NCBI GenBank assembly: GCA_002697475.1
Contig: NZVW01000073.1
Coordinates: forward strand, 1 to 39,724
Length of the DNA: 39,724 bases
From: Aquimarina sp.
Lineage (GTDB): Bacteria > Bacteroidota > Bacteroidia > Flavobacteriales > Flavobacteriaceae
Direction: 5' to 3'
In this document: positions 9,297-19,341 of the stretch, in pieces
Layout: each line of letters begins with the position of its first letter
How positions within the stretch are numbered: the stretch's first letter is position 1
Translations under genes and position numbers: made by a program
The notes under the pieces: model-generated
What the model was told of the DNA's origin: nothing
What the model saw: only the letters and a program-made list of their open reading frames with translations
Database searches by the model: none

Positions 9297-9541
9297 TTGT
9301 AAATGTAATTTTTTGTTTCTCAATTAGTTCAAATGTTTAGTAATTTGTAATAGTTGTATGGTTAAGTTGAGCATTTGACAAAAGAATCAGTTTTAAATTA
9401 CGATTCTCACAATACAGCCCCTAATCCTTAATACTGCTCAACAAGTTTAATACAACCTACTAAGTTATAAAATAATTGATCGCTTGATAGCGCAATTATA
9501 AAGGTCATTTTTCAAAATTATAAACAGATAAAACTAAGTAA

Positions 9542-11215
9542 ATGGAACTTACTTGGTATAGGAAAGGTACCATATATCAAATCTACCCAAGAAGCTTCAA
9601 TGATAGAAGTGGTAATGGTGTTGGAGATTTAAAGGGAATTACGGAGAAGTTAGACTACATTAAAAGTCTAAACGTGGATATCATTTGGTTAAGCCCCATT
9701 TTTAGCTCTCCAAATGATGACAATGGTTATGACATAAGTGATTACTGTGCTATAATGGATGAGTTTGGGACGATGAGTGATTTCGATGAACTACTCAGTG
9801 AAACTCATAAACGTGGTTTACGATTGATTCTTGATTTAGTTGCCAACCATTGTTCTGATGAACATAATTGGTTTAAAGGGGCAAAAAAATCCAGAAATAA
9901 TAAATATAGAGATTATTTCCACTGGGTTGATCCCGCATCAGATGGAGGTCCGCCTAATAACTGGAAATCGTTCTTTGGAGGTAGTGCCTGGGAGTACGAT
10001 AAGAATACTGAGCAATACTATTTACATCTCTTTACCAAAAAACAACCCGATTTAAATTGGGAAAATCCTGAGGTAAGAGAGGAGATATATAATGCCATGC
10101 GTTTTTGGTTAGATAAAGGTGTTGATGGATTTAGGATGGATGTAATACCTCTTATTTCTAAGAGAAAGGGATATCCCGATGCACCAGATTTTGGTTTCAG
10201 GAAAATTATTGAAGATGTCTATGCTAATGGACCAAGAGTCCATGAATTTTTGAGGGAAATGAATCAAAAAGTAATTCGTAAATACGATGCATTTTCTTTA
10301 GCAGAAGGAATAGGTGTTAATCAGGAGTTGGCCGGATTGTATGTAAATGAAGATAGAGAAGAGCTTGATATGCTATATCATTTTGATGTTTTAGAGTGTA
10401 CAATAGTGAACGGAAAGTTTGAAGAAGAAACTCCGTTTGATCTGGTTAATTTAAAATCAATTTTTAAGAAGTGGCGAGATGCCGTTCACGGTACAGGATG
10501 GATAACAAATGCCATGGGTAATCACGATTTTGCCAGACTAGTCTCCAGATTTGGAAACGAAGGTAAATATTGGAAAGAGTCAGCAAAGATGTTGATAACT
10601 ATGCTGGCCACCCAGAATGGAACATTAAGTATTTATCAGGGTGATGAAATAGGTATGACTAACGTTAATTTAGATTCTATTGATGAGGTTAAAGACGTAC
10701 AATCCATAAATTTTTACAAGGAGAGTATGGAATCTAAAAAATATACTTCTATTGAAGCGATGAAACTTATAAATAAAGAAGGTAGAGATAATGCAAGAAC
10801 ACCTATGCAATGGTCAGAGGATATAAATGCAGGTTTTACTGAAGGAGAACCCTGGTTGAAAATTAATGATAATTATAAGACAATTAATGTAAAACGTCAG
10901 GATAATGATAGTAATTCAATTTTAAATTATTATCGCAATCTTCTTTCGATAAGAAAGGAAAATGATGTATTCATATATGGAGATGTTGAAGAACTTGATT
11001 TCAATAATAATTCCTTTTACGGATATAGGAAGAGCTTTAGAGGTAAAGGTATTATGGTGCTTTTGAATTTTTCAGATAAAAATTATGAATATATGTCAAG
11101 CTGGGAGATGTCGATGGATGATGTATTGATAAATAATTATGACAACATTATAATGGATAAAGAAAAAATTAAATTAAAACCCTATCAGGCAATAGTTTTT
11201 AGGCTATCTGATTGA
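9542..11215 (+). CDS. GH13 alpha-glucosidase (oligo-1,6-glucosidase-like), cytoplasmic
   Basis: Motifs YQIYPRSF, DNGYDISDY, DLVANH, QPDLNW, GFRMDVI (nucleophile), AEG (acid/base), NHD, YQGDEIGM and RDNARTPMQW. No signal peptide. Confidence 0.92.
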   Translation: MELTWYRKGTIYQIYPRSFNDRSGNGVGDLKGITEKLDYIKSLNVDIIWLSPIFSSPNDDNGYDISDYCAIMDEFGTMSDFDELLSETHKRGLRLILDLVANHCSDEHNWFKGAKKSRNNKYRDYFHWVDPASDGGPPNNWKSFFGGSAWEYDKNTEQYYLHLFTKKQPDLNWENPEVREEIYNAMRFWLDKGVDGFRMDVIPLISKRKGYPDAPDFGFRKIIEDVYANGPRVHEFLREMNQKVIRKYDAFSLAEGIGVNQELAGLYVNEDREELDMLYHFDVLECTIVNGKFEEETPFDLVNLKSIFKKWRDAVHGTGWITNAMGNHDFARLVSRFGNEGKYWKESAKMLITMLATQNGTLSIYQGDEIGMTNVNLDSIDEVKDVQSINFYKESMESKKYTSIEAMKLINKEGRDNARTPMQWSEDINAGFTEGEPWLKINDNYKTINVKRQDNDSNSILNYYRNLLSIRKENDVFIYGDVEELDFNNNSFYGYRKSFRGKGIMVLLNFSDKNYEYMSSWEMSMDDVLINNYDNIIMDKEKIKLKPYQAIVFRLSD

Positions 11216-11264
11216 AGGTAAAAGAATAAAAGAAGAAAGTGAAATTAGTTTTTGTTTGTTAGCG

Positions 11265-11291
11265 AAGGAGTTTCTGTAGCGGAAACTTCTT
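11265..11291 (+). terminator. Hairpin downstream of the GH13 gene (possible terminator or stabiliser)
   Basis: AAGGAGTTTCTG-TAG-CGGAAACTTCTT forms a 12-bp stem with two G-U pairs, but there is no good U tract. Confidence 0.4.
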
Positions 11292-11493
11292 AAAAGTGAC
11301 AAAGGAGGCGCCTCAGAAGATATTAAATGTCAAATTTAATATTTGAGATTAATTTTAATAAAATCGGGTTAAAATGATGTAGGCGCCTCTGTTGTTACTA
11401 AAAAATTATGAGTATATTTAATAACACTTTATCATTTTAACATAAATCCAACTAAAAGATTAATTATCAAATTTTAAATCAAACTCAAAAATT

Positions 11494-14469
11494 ATGAAAG
11501 GTATGATACTTAAAAGCCTCACTTTTCTGATCATGATGCTATCGGGGAGTGTGGTGTTTTCACAAATCACTGTAACTGGAGTGGTATCTGATTCAGGAGG
11601 TCCGATTCCCGGTGTAAATGTTGTTGTAAAGGGCACAACAAATGGAGCCTCGACCGATTTTGATGGAAGATATACCATCAATAATGTGCCATCAGGTGGA
11701 ACTTTGGTTTTCAGCTATTTGGGATTTGTTACTAGGGAAGTCCCTGTGAATGGTCAAACAACACTGAATGTAACAATGCAAGAAGATGCTGCAGAATTAG
11801 AACAGGTTGTAGTGATAGGGTATGGCTCTATTAGAGCAAAAGATGCCACAGGGGCTGTAGCTACCGTAAAATCGGATGACTTTAATCAAGGTATAATTAA
11901 TTCTCCTGAGCAACTAATACAAGGTAAAACAGCTGGTGTACAAATTACTCAAACCAGTGGAGAACCAGGAGCTGGTGTAAATTTAAGAATTCGAGGAACA
12001 TCATCTGTTCGAGCCAATAATAACCCATTATATGTAGTTGACGGATTTCCTTTAAGTGGAGCAGATACCTCGGCTGGTGCCGCGGGTTCTGATATAGGAG
12101 CATCGTCAGCATCAAACCCCTTAAGTTTTTTAAACCCAAATGATATTGCAAGTATAGATATTTTAAAGGATGCTTCTGCGACAGCCATCTATGGTTCAAG
12201 AGGAGCTAACGGCGTTGTATTAATAACCACTAAACAAGCTACAACTGGAGTTCATTTATTGGAATTTAATTCTTCTATTTCGGTAAGCTCTGTAAACAAT
12301 AGGCTAGATTTATTAAATAGGGATCAATTTCTTGATGCGCAGGAAAGGTTAGGATCTGATATTTCATTATTGGATCTTGGGGGTAATACTGATTGGCAGG
12401 ATTTTATATATAGAGATGGAATTAGTTCAGAATATCACGCTGCTTTTGGTGGTGGTAATGACAATGGAGGATATAGATTCTCGGTCGGATATGTAGATCA
12501 AGAGGGAATTATAGAGCAAACAGGGTTAGAAAGATTGACGGCTAGAGTAAATGGTAAGTACAATTTTTTTGATAATAAACTTAAATTGAACTTTCAGTTA
12601 AATGTATCAAATGTAGATATTGATAAAGTGCCAATATCGGATAACGCTAATGCCAGAGGAGATTTATTATCTGCAACGTATTATTCTAATCCAACTTTGT
12701 CACCATATGACGCTGATGGTAATCCTACTTCGACAGGATCACTTGAGCAATTAAATCCAGCGGCTATATTAGCCTTTTCAGAAATTAACACTCAAACCTT
12801 AAGAACCTTAAATAACCTCTCTTTAGAATACTTTTTTACACCAGAGCTTTCTTTGAAATCAAATATTGGTGTTGATAAATCTATTTCAAAAACTGAAAAT
12901 GCCTTTTCTCCTGATTTCGAATTGACCGGAACACAAGGGTTGGGTAGAGCTCAAGTTGATGAATTAACTTTAACATCTACTTTATGGGAGAGCTATCTTA
13001 ATTATAACAGAGATTTTAATGAGGATCATAGCATAAACGCTCTAATAGGATATTCTTATCAAGAATTCAATACTAAAACTAGTGCGTTGATTGCCGCGGA
13101 CTTTAGACTTTCAGAGCCAGGTGCGATGCTTGATAATATTGCTTCAGCTCAGGTATTCGGAGCAAACACAGGAAATTTTACAGATGAACTACAGTCCTTT
13201 TTTGCAAGGGTAAATTATTCTTTGTTAAATAAATATTTATTTACCGGGACTATAAGAGTTGATGGTTCTACAAGATTCGGTCCAGATAAAAAATATGGTC
13301 GTTTTCCTTCTTTTGCTGCTGCCTGGCGTTTATCCGAAGAGAATTTCATACCAGATATCTTTTCGGATCTAAAACTTAGATTAGGTTATGGTGTTACAGG
13401 GAATCAGGAGATACCTAGTAATTTGTATGTAGCGAGAACTCGATTTGGTCTGGGAACGATTGACAATGGGGGGGTATTTTTTCCGGGAGGCGAAAGTATT
13501 GTAGCTTTTAGAAATGATAAATTACAATGGGAGGAATCATCCCAAATAAATTTAGGTCTGGACTTTGGCTTTCTAAACAACAGATTAACAGGTTCTGTCG
13601 ATTTATTTAGGAAGGAAACCACAGACTTGTTGCTTCAAATTAGCGGTGTGGCACCTGCTGACACTAATTCTGCATGGAGAAATATAGATGCTACAGTAAT
13701 AAATGAAGGTGTTGAATTAACATTGAATTATGGTATAATTCAAAATGAAGACCTTCAATGGGATACTAGTTTCAATATTTCATACCTCAAAAATGAAGTT
13801 ACTGATTTTGAGGAAGCTCCTATAAATACAGGTCAGATTGACGGTCCGGGATTGACAGGTGCATTTGCCCAACAAATTGCAGATGGACAACCCTTATATG
13901 CATACTTTTTAAGAGAATTTATTGGATTTGACGATAATGGAATAGCGCAATATGAGGGAGGCGATGTTCAGAAATTTACTGGAGACAGTCCTTTACCAAA
14001 ATATAATTTAGGTTTCTCAAATAGTTTAAAATATAAAAATGTTGATTTAAATTTGTTCTTTTCAGGACAGTTTGGACATAAGATTTATAACAATACTCAA
14101 AATGCATTGTTCTCGTTGGCAAACCTTTCGCAAGGTAGAAATGCAACTGAAGCAACAGCAGCACTTATTGGTACAGAGAATCCCTTTAATTCTGCGGATG
14201 TCTCTACCAGATTTTTAGAGAAGGGAGACTTTTTGAGACTTCAGACTGCTACACTTGGATATACTCTGAATATGGATAATTATGAATGGATTAATAAGGT
14301 TAGGTTATTTATTAATGCTCAAAACTTATTTGTGATTACAGATTATAGCGGACAGGATCCAGAAGTCTCTATAAATAAGCAAATTAACGGTGTTCCATCC
14401 TTGGGAATTGATTACACAGCTTTTCCCAAGTCAAGAACATTTACATTTGGTTTAAATGTTACGTTTTAA
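11494..14469 (+). CDS. susC: SusC/RagA family TonB-dependent outer-membrane transporter
   Basis: N-terminal carboxypeptidase-like domain (GVNVVVKGTTNGASTDFDG), plug signature 'LKDASATAIYGSRGANGVVLITTK', GYGVTGNQ and a C-terminal FGLNVTF. Confidence 0.97.
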   Translation: MKGMILKSLTFLIMMLSGSVVFSQITVTGVVSDSGGPIPGVNVVVKGTTNGASTDFDGRYTINNVPSGGTLVFSYLGFVTREVPVNGQTTLNVTMQEDAAELEQVVVIGYGSIRAKDATGAVATVKSDDFNQGIINSPEQLIQGKTAGVQITQTSGEPGAGVNLRIRGTSSVRANNNPLYVVDGFPLSGADTSAGAAGSDIGASSASNPLSFLNPNDIASIDILKDASATAIYGSRGANGVVLITTKQATTGVHLLEFNSSISVSSVNNRLDLLNRDQFLDAQERLGSDISLLDLGGNTDWQDFIYRDGISSEYHAAFGGGNDNGGYRFSVGYVDQEGIIEQTGLERLTARVNGKYNFFDNKLKLNFQLNVSNVDIDKVPISDNANARGDLLSATYYSNPTLSPYDADGNPTSTGSLEQLNPAAILAFSEINTQTLRTLNNLSLEYFFTPELSLKSNIGVDKSISKTENAFSPDFELTGTQGLGRAQVDELTLTSTLWESYLNYNRDFNEDHSINALIGYSYQEFNTKTSALIAADFRLSEPGAMLDNIASAQVFGANTGNFTDELQSFFARVNYSLLNKYLFTGTIRVDGSTRFGPDKKYGRFPSFAAAWRLSEENFIPDIFSDLKLRLGYGVTGNQEIPSNLYVARTRFGLGTIDNGGVFFPGGESIVAFRNDKLQWEESSQINLGLDFGFLNNRLTGSVDLFRKETTDLLLQISGVAPADTNSAWRNIDATVINEGVELTLNYGIIQNEDLQWDTSFNISYLKNEVTDFEEAPINTGQIDGPGLTGAFAQQIADGQPLYAYFLREFIGFDDNGIAQYEGGDVQKFTGDSPLPKYNLGFSNSLKYKNVDLNLFFSGQFGHKIYNNTQNALFSLANLSQGRNATEATAALIGTENPFNSADVSTRFLEKGDFLRLQTATLGYTLNMDNYEWINKVRLFINAQNLFVITDYSGQDPEVSINKQINGVPSLGIDYTAFPKSRTFTFGLNVTF

Positions 14470-14480
14470 AAAAAAAGATC

Positions 14481-15971
14481 ATGAAAAAAATTAAATTTAA
14501 AAAAATTGTGGGGTCTTTATTCACGACAGTAGCTTTGATTACTTTTTCTTGTACTGATCTAGACCCTGTTTTTAACGACTCAACACCAGTAGAAAATTCT
14601 TCTGGAGAATTCACAGGAGTTGATCCAACAAACTTTTTAGAATCAGCTTATAACGATATTGAAGGAATGGGTGATCAGGCTAATACATATGCTTTACAAG
14701 AAGTATCTTCTGATGAACTTGTTGTATTAACGAGAGGAGCTGATTGGGGGGATAATGGTGTTTGGAGAACATTACACCAACACACTTGGGATGCTAACCA
14801 TCCACAGGTATTAAATACGTGGAATAATAGGAATAATGCTGTTTTTAGAACTACTCGTATCATAGCTCCTGAATCTAATGCCTCTCCAAATCAATTGGCA
14901 CAGGCCAAAACTTTGAGAGCTTTAAATATGTTTTATGTAATGGATATGTTCGGACAAGTGCCTTTCAGAGGAGTAAATGATGGACCAGATGTAAATCCTA
15001 ATGTTTTTTCGCGATCTGAAGCTTTTGACTTTATAGTACAGGATTTAACAGAAGCATTACCAGACCTGGATGAAGGTACTATTTCTGATATTTACACAGT
15101 AGATAAAGCTTTTGCTAACTTTTTATTGGCTAAATTATATTTAAATAAGGAAGTTTATACCGGAAGTTCTTCTGCTGAAGATTTTAATAAAGTAATACAG
15201 TATTGTGATGCAATTACAGCAGAAGGATATGCTTTAGATCCAGAGTACTTCGAAATCTTTAAGCCTAGTCATACTAATTCAGAGATTATATTAGCATTGG
15301 ATACTTTTACAGGTAATAGAGTATGGAATATTTTACACCCAAATCAAGGAGGGTGGAATGGTTTTGCTACTCTAGCGGAAGTCTATGACTCTTTTGAACC
15401 TGGAGATATAAGATTAGGTACACCAAGTTCGCCTACGGAAGGTTTTGGAACAGGTATGCTAATTGGTCAGCAGTACGACGAAAATGGAAACCCTTACACA
15501 GATCGTGGAGGAAATCCTTTAGTCTTCACTAAAGACTTTCCAACCGGAATTACAGGTAATAATGAGAGAACTGGTGTAAGACCACACAAATATACCAGGG
15601 AAGGAGACGAAGGAAGACCAGATCCTGGAAACGGTACTGTCGTAGCCAGATATGCTGATGTAGTATTAATGAAAGCTGAGGCTATTATGAGAGGTGGTAC
15701 AGCAGGAGAAACAGCAGAATCTATTATTGATAACTTAAGATCTTTAAGAGGAGCTACCGCGTCAGGTACATATTCAATGGATGAATTGCTTAATGAAAGA
15801 AGAAGAGAGCTGTGGATTGAAGGATGGAGAAGAAATGATCAGGTAAGATTTGGAACCTTTGCTAATACATGGGATATGAAAGAGGTAACAGAAGATTTCA
15901 GGGTATTATTTCCAATCCCTGCAACAGCGTTGGCAACAAATCCTAATTTATCACAGAATCCTGGATATTAG
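14481..15971 (+). CDS. susD: SusD/RagB family surface lipoprotein
   Basis: Lipobox FSC-T, LAKLYLN, RYADVVLMKAEA, ERRRELWIEGWRRNDQVRF and terminal QNPGY. Lies directly after susC. Confidence 0.97.
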   Translation: MKKIKFKKIVGSLFTTVALITFSCTDLDPVFNDSTPVENSSGEFTGVDPTNFLESAYNDIEGMGDQANTYALQEVSSDELVVLTRGADWGDNGVWRTLHQHTWDANHPQVLNTWNNRNNAVFRTTRIIAPESNASPNQLAQAKTLRALNMFYVMDMFGQVPFRGVNDGPDVNPNVFSRSEAFDFIVQDLTEALPDLDEGTISDIYTVDKAFANFLLAKLYLNKEVYTGSSSAEDFNKVIQYCDAITAEGYALDPEYFEIFKPSHTNSEIILALDTFTGNRVWNILHPNQGGWNGFATLAEVYDSFEPGDIRLGTPSSPTEGFGTGMLIGQQYDENGNPYTDRGGNPLVFTKDFPTGITGNNERTGVRPHKYTREGDEGRPDPGNGTVVARYADVVLMKAEAIMRGGTAGETAESIIDNLRSLRGATASGTYSMDELLNERRRELWIEGWRRNDQVRFGTFANTWDMKEVTEDFRVLFPIPATALATNPNLSQNPGY

Positions 15972-15994
15972 TAAATCATTAATATGTTAAAAAT

Positions 15995-16029
15995 GCTAAG
16001 CCCTTCATTTGTGAGGGGCTTAGTTTCTT
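15995..16029 (+). terminator. Strong hairpin after susD (intrinsic terminator/attenuator)
   Basis: GCTAAGCCCTTCA-TTTG-TGAGGGGCTTAGT forms a 13-bp stem followed by TTCTT. Confidence 0.7.
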
Positions 16030-19000
16030 ATGATAATCCCAGTGCATCAAATACAGTTGAAATTTTTTATTTACCTGATAATTAGTCTTTTATTTTTTTC
16101 TTGCCAAGAGATAGAAGAAGATAAGCTGTTAGTTATAAAAAATGCTGATGAATCTGGTGTTGATTTCAAGAATCAGCTTTCTGCAACTTCAGAGCTCAAT
16201 ATACTGACTTATTTATACTATTATAATGGAGCCGGCGTTGCTGTAGCAGATTTTGATAATGATGGATGGGAAGATGTATACTTTGTTTCTAATCAAGGAC
16301 AAAATAAACTATATCTCAATCAAAGGAATATCAAATTTAAAGAAAATACACCTGAAATTTTAAAGCAAAATGAGGGCTGGTCGACCGGTGTGAGTATTGT
16401 AGATATAAATGCTGACGGATTAAAAGATATTTATCTGTGCAAGATTGGAGATTATAATGGTATCAAAGGAAGAAACATGCTTTTTGTCAATAAAGGTGCG
16501 GATGCTAATGGTAAATTAGTATTTGAAGAAGAGGCAGAAAATTATAATCTTGATATTATTTCTTTTGCAACTCAATCTTCGTTTTTTGATTATGATTTGG
16601 ATGGGGATTTAGATATGTATTTATTAAACCATTCAGTTCATCCCAATAGAACTTATGGTAGAGGATCCAAAAGAACCGTTGAAGATTCACTTTCCGGAGA
16701 TCGATTATACAGAAATGATAACGGAATATTTACTGATGTTTCTCAACAAACCGGAATTTATCAAGGCGCTATAGGTTATGGTTTGGGAGTATTGACTACA
16801 GACATAAATAATGATGGTTTTCCTGATATTTATGTGGCTAACGATTTCTTTGAAAATGATTATCTGTATATTAATAACCAGGATGGGACTTTTAATGAAA
16901 TCATTTCTTCTGATCAAAATACTGTAGGGCATACATCTCATTATTCTATGGGCGTTGATATCGAAGACCTCAATAATGATGGTCTTAATGATATATTCTC
17001 CTTAGATATGTTACCTGAAAATCTATCAACGTTTAAGTCTTCCGGTACAGAATATGGTTTTACAATTTATAACCAATACCTAAAGAATGGCTATAAACCG
17101 CAATATATGCAAAATGCGTTGCAGCTAAATCGGGGTGCAAGTGGTTTTTCAGAAATTGCATTTTTGTCTGGAGTTGCCGCTTCAGAATGGAGTTGGGCAC
17201 CTCTAATTCAGGATTTTGACAATGATGGTTATAAAGATATTTTTATTTCTAATGGTATTAAAGGCGCTACTAATGACATGGATTTTATAAGCTTTATTGC
17301 TAATGATAATATCCAAAAGCGTATTAATAAAGGAATGACCAAGGAGGATTTAGCATTGATTGATGAAATCCCTGAGAAGAAAGTGAGTAATTACTTTTAT
17401 AAAAATAATGGAGACTTAAGTTTTTCAGATGTCTCTGGTATTTGGGCAGTAAATGTACCGTCCTTTAGTAATGGGGCAGTTTATGCTGATCTTGATAATG
17501 ATGGAGATCTTGATATTGTGGTCAATAACGTAAACGAACAAGCGTTTATCTACGAAAATAGAAGTACAGAAAAGTATCCTGAAAGGAATTTTCTTCAAAT
17601 CAAACTTAAAAATAATACGAATAATATTGCGGCGATAGGAGCCAGAGTCCAGGTTTATTTTGGAGATCAAATATTATATAATTCATTGACATCTTCAAGG
17701 GGATATTTATCTTCAGTATCTGAAGTACTTACCATGGGACTCGGAAAACAAAAAAAGGTAGATTCTTTGATTGTTTCCTGGCCCGAAGGGGAAAAAGAGG
17801 TTTTTAGAAATATAAAAATCAATTCAGCTAATACACTTGTAAGAGGTAATGGGTTTTATATAAAGCCAAATCAAGAGACTAAAATTCAGAATAAAACTGA
17901 ATCTGCTACTTTAAACTATAGGCATAAAGACTATGAGACAAAGGATTTTTCGTATGAACCATTAGCTCCTTTTGCTATTTCAAATGAGGGGCCTCATGTA
18001 AGCTGTTTAGATATCAATGATGATGGATTTGAAGACATTTTTATACCTGGAGGGCGATTTGAAAGTTCAAAATTATACCTTCAAAATAAAGAAGGTATTT
18101 TTACTGAACAAACCTTTTCTGATTTCAATCTACACAAAAAATATGAAGATATAGGTCAAACCATATTTGATGTGGATAGTGATGGTGATAAGGATATTAT
18201 TATTGTATCAGGTGGCAATGAAAGTATCACGGGATATAACTCACCTCCTAGACTATATCTTAATGAATCCGGTAATTTTAAGTTTAAACAACAAGCTTTC
18301 AATATTGACGAATTAAATGCATCTACTGTAACTCAAGGAGATATAGATAACGATGGAGATATCGACCTATTTATTGGAGCCAATTCAATTCCGGGCAGCT
18401 ATGGTAAAGTTCCTGATAGTTACTTAATGTTAAATGATGGTCAGGGTAATTTTAGTACAAGCGCTAATTTTGATACTAAAATGGGATTGGTGTATGATGC
18501 TAAGTTTATGGATTTTGATAAGGATAATGATCTTGATTTGATCGTAGTAGGTCATTATATGCCGATATCTATATTTTTAAATGATGGTAAAGGTAATTTT
18601 GAGAAAAGATTATCAGAATCCTTGTCAAATTCAAAAGGATGGTGGAATACTATGGATGTAGCGGATTATGATAATGATGGAGATCTTGATATAGTGGCGG
18701 GCAACTGGGGATTAAATACAAGATTAAGAGCCTCCTTAGAGAAACCAATAATATTATACAGAAATGATTTTGACGGTAATGGGAAAGTAGATCCGATTGT
18801 CACTTATTTTTATCAAAATAGAGAAACTCCTATCGCCACAAAAAGTGAGTTAACTAAACAAATTCCGGTTTTAAATAAAAACTTTCTATCTTATAAAGAT
18901 TTTGCGCAAGCAAATTTTGAAGATTATTTTTCTAAGGAGAAGATTAAGTCAGCTGAAAAACAACAAGTCTATATGTTATCAAGCACATATTTTGAAAACA

Positions 19001-19338
19001 AAGGAGATTTTAATTTTGAAGCTACTCCTTTGCCCTGGACGGCTCAGATTTCCTCTATTCAGGCAATCCGAAGTATGGATATAAATGATGATGGATATCT
19101 GGATTTGATAATTGGGGGTAATACTTATGAAATGAGTACGCAATTAGGCAGGTTAGATGGCTCTTATGGAGAAATATTGATTAATAAAGGTGGAAAAGGT
19201 TTCGTAGTCGAATCTAATAAAACATACAATATTAAAGGGGCTGTCAGATCTATAGAAAATATTACTATTAATGAAGATCAGTATCTCATATTTGGAATAA
19301 ATAACGATAGTATCAGAATCGTTAAAACAATAAAATAA
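16030..19338 (+). CDS. FG-GAP/VCBS repeat lipoprotein with ASPIC-UnbV domain (CRTAC1-like), paralog 1
   Basis: Lipobox FFSC-Q, many DxDxDGxxD repeats, YYYNGAGVAVADFDNDG, WSW, an ASPIC-UnbV-like segment 'SRGYLSS...MGLG...VSWP', and a second repeat block in the C-terminal half. Confidence 0.88.
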   Translation: MIIPVHQIQLKFFIYLIISLLFFSCQEIEEDKLLVIKNADESGVDFKNQLSATSELNILTYLYYYNGAGVAVADFDNDGWEDVYFVSNQGQNKLYLNQRNIKFKENTPEILKQNEGWSTGVSIVDINADGLKDIYLCKIGDYNGIKGRNMLFVNKGADANGKLVFEEEAENYNLDIISFATQSSFFDYDLDGDLDMYLLNHSVHPNRTYGRGSKRTVEDSLSGDRLYRNDNGIFTDVSQQTGIYQGAIGYGLGVLTTDINNDGFPDIYVANDFFENDYLYINNQDGTFNEIISSDQNTVGHTSHYSMGVDIEDLNNDGLNDIFSLDMLPENLSTFKSSGTEYGFTIYNQYLKNGYKPQYMQNALQLNRGASGFSEIAFLSGVAASEWSWAPLIQDFDNDGYKDIFISNGIKGATNDMDFISFIANDNIQKRINKGMTKEDLALIDEIPEKKVSNYFYKNNGDLSFSDVSGIWAVNVPSFSNGAVYADLDNDGDLDIVVNNVNEQAFIYENRSTEKYPERNFLQIKLKNNTNNIAAIGARVQVYFGDQILYNSLTSSRGYLSSVSEVLTMGLGKQKKVDSLIVSWPEGEKEVFRNIKINSANTLVRGNGFYIKPNQETKIQNKTESATLNYRHKDYETKDFSYEPLAPFAISNEGPHVSCLDINDDGFEDIFIPGGRFESSKLYLQNKEGIFTEQTFSDFNLHKKYEDIGQTIFDVDSDGDKDIIIVSGGNESITGYNSPPRLYLNESGNFKFKQQAFNIDELNASTVTQGDIDNDGDIDLFIGANSIPGSYGKVPDSYLMLNDGQGNFSTSANFDTKMGLVYDAKFMDFDKDNDLDLIVVGHYMPISIFLNDGKGNFEKRLSESLSNSKGWWNTMDVADYDNDGDLDIVAGNWGLNTRLRASLEKPIILYRNDFDGNGKVDPIVTYFYQNRETPIATKSELTKQIPVLNKNFLSYKDFAQANFEDYFSKEKIKSAEKQQVYMLSSTYFENKGDFNFEATPLPWTAQISSIQAIRSMDINDDGYLDLIIGGNTYEMSTQLGRLDGSYGEILINKGGKGFVVESNKTYNIKGAVRSIENITINEDQYLIFGINNDSIRIVKTIK

Positions 19339-19341
19339 CAG

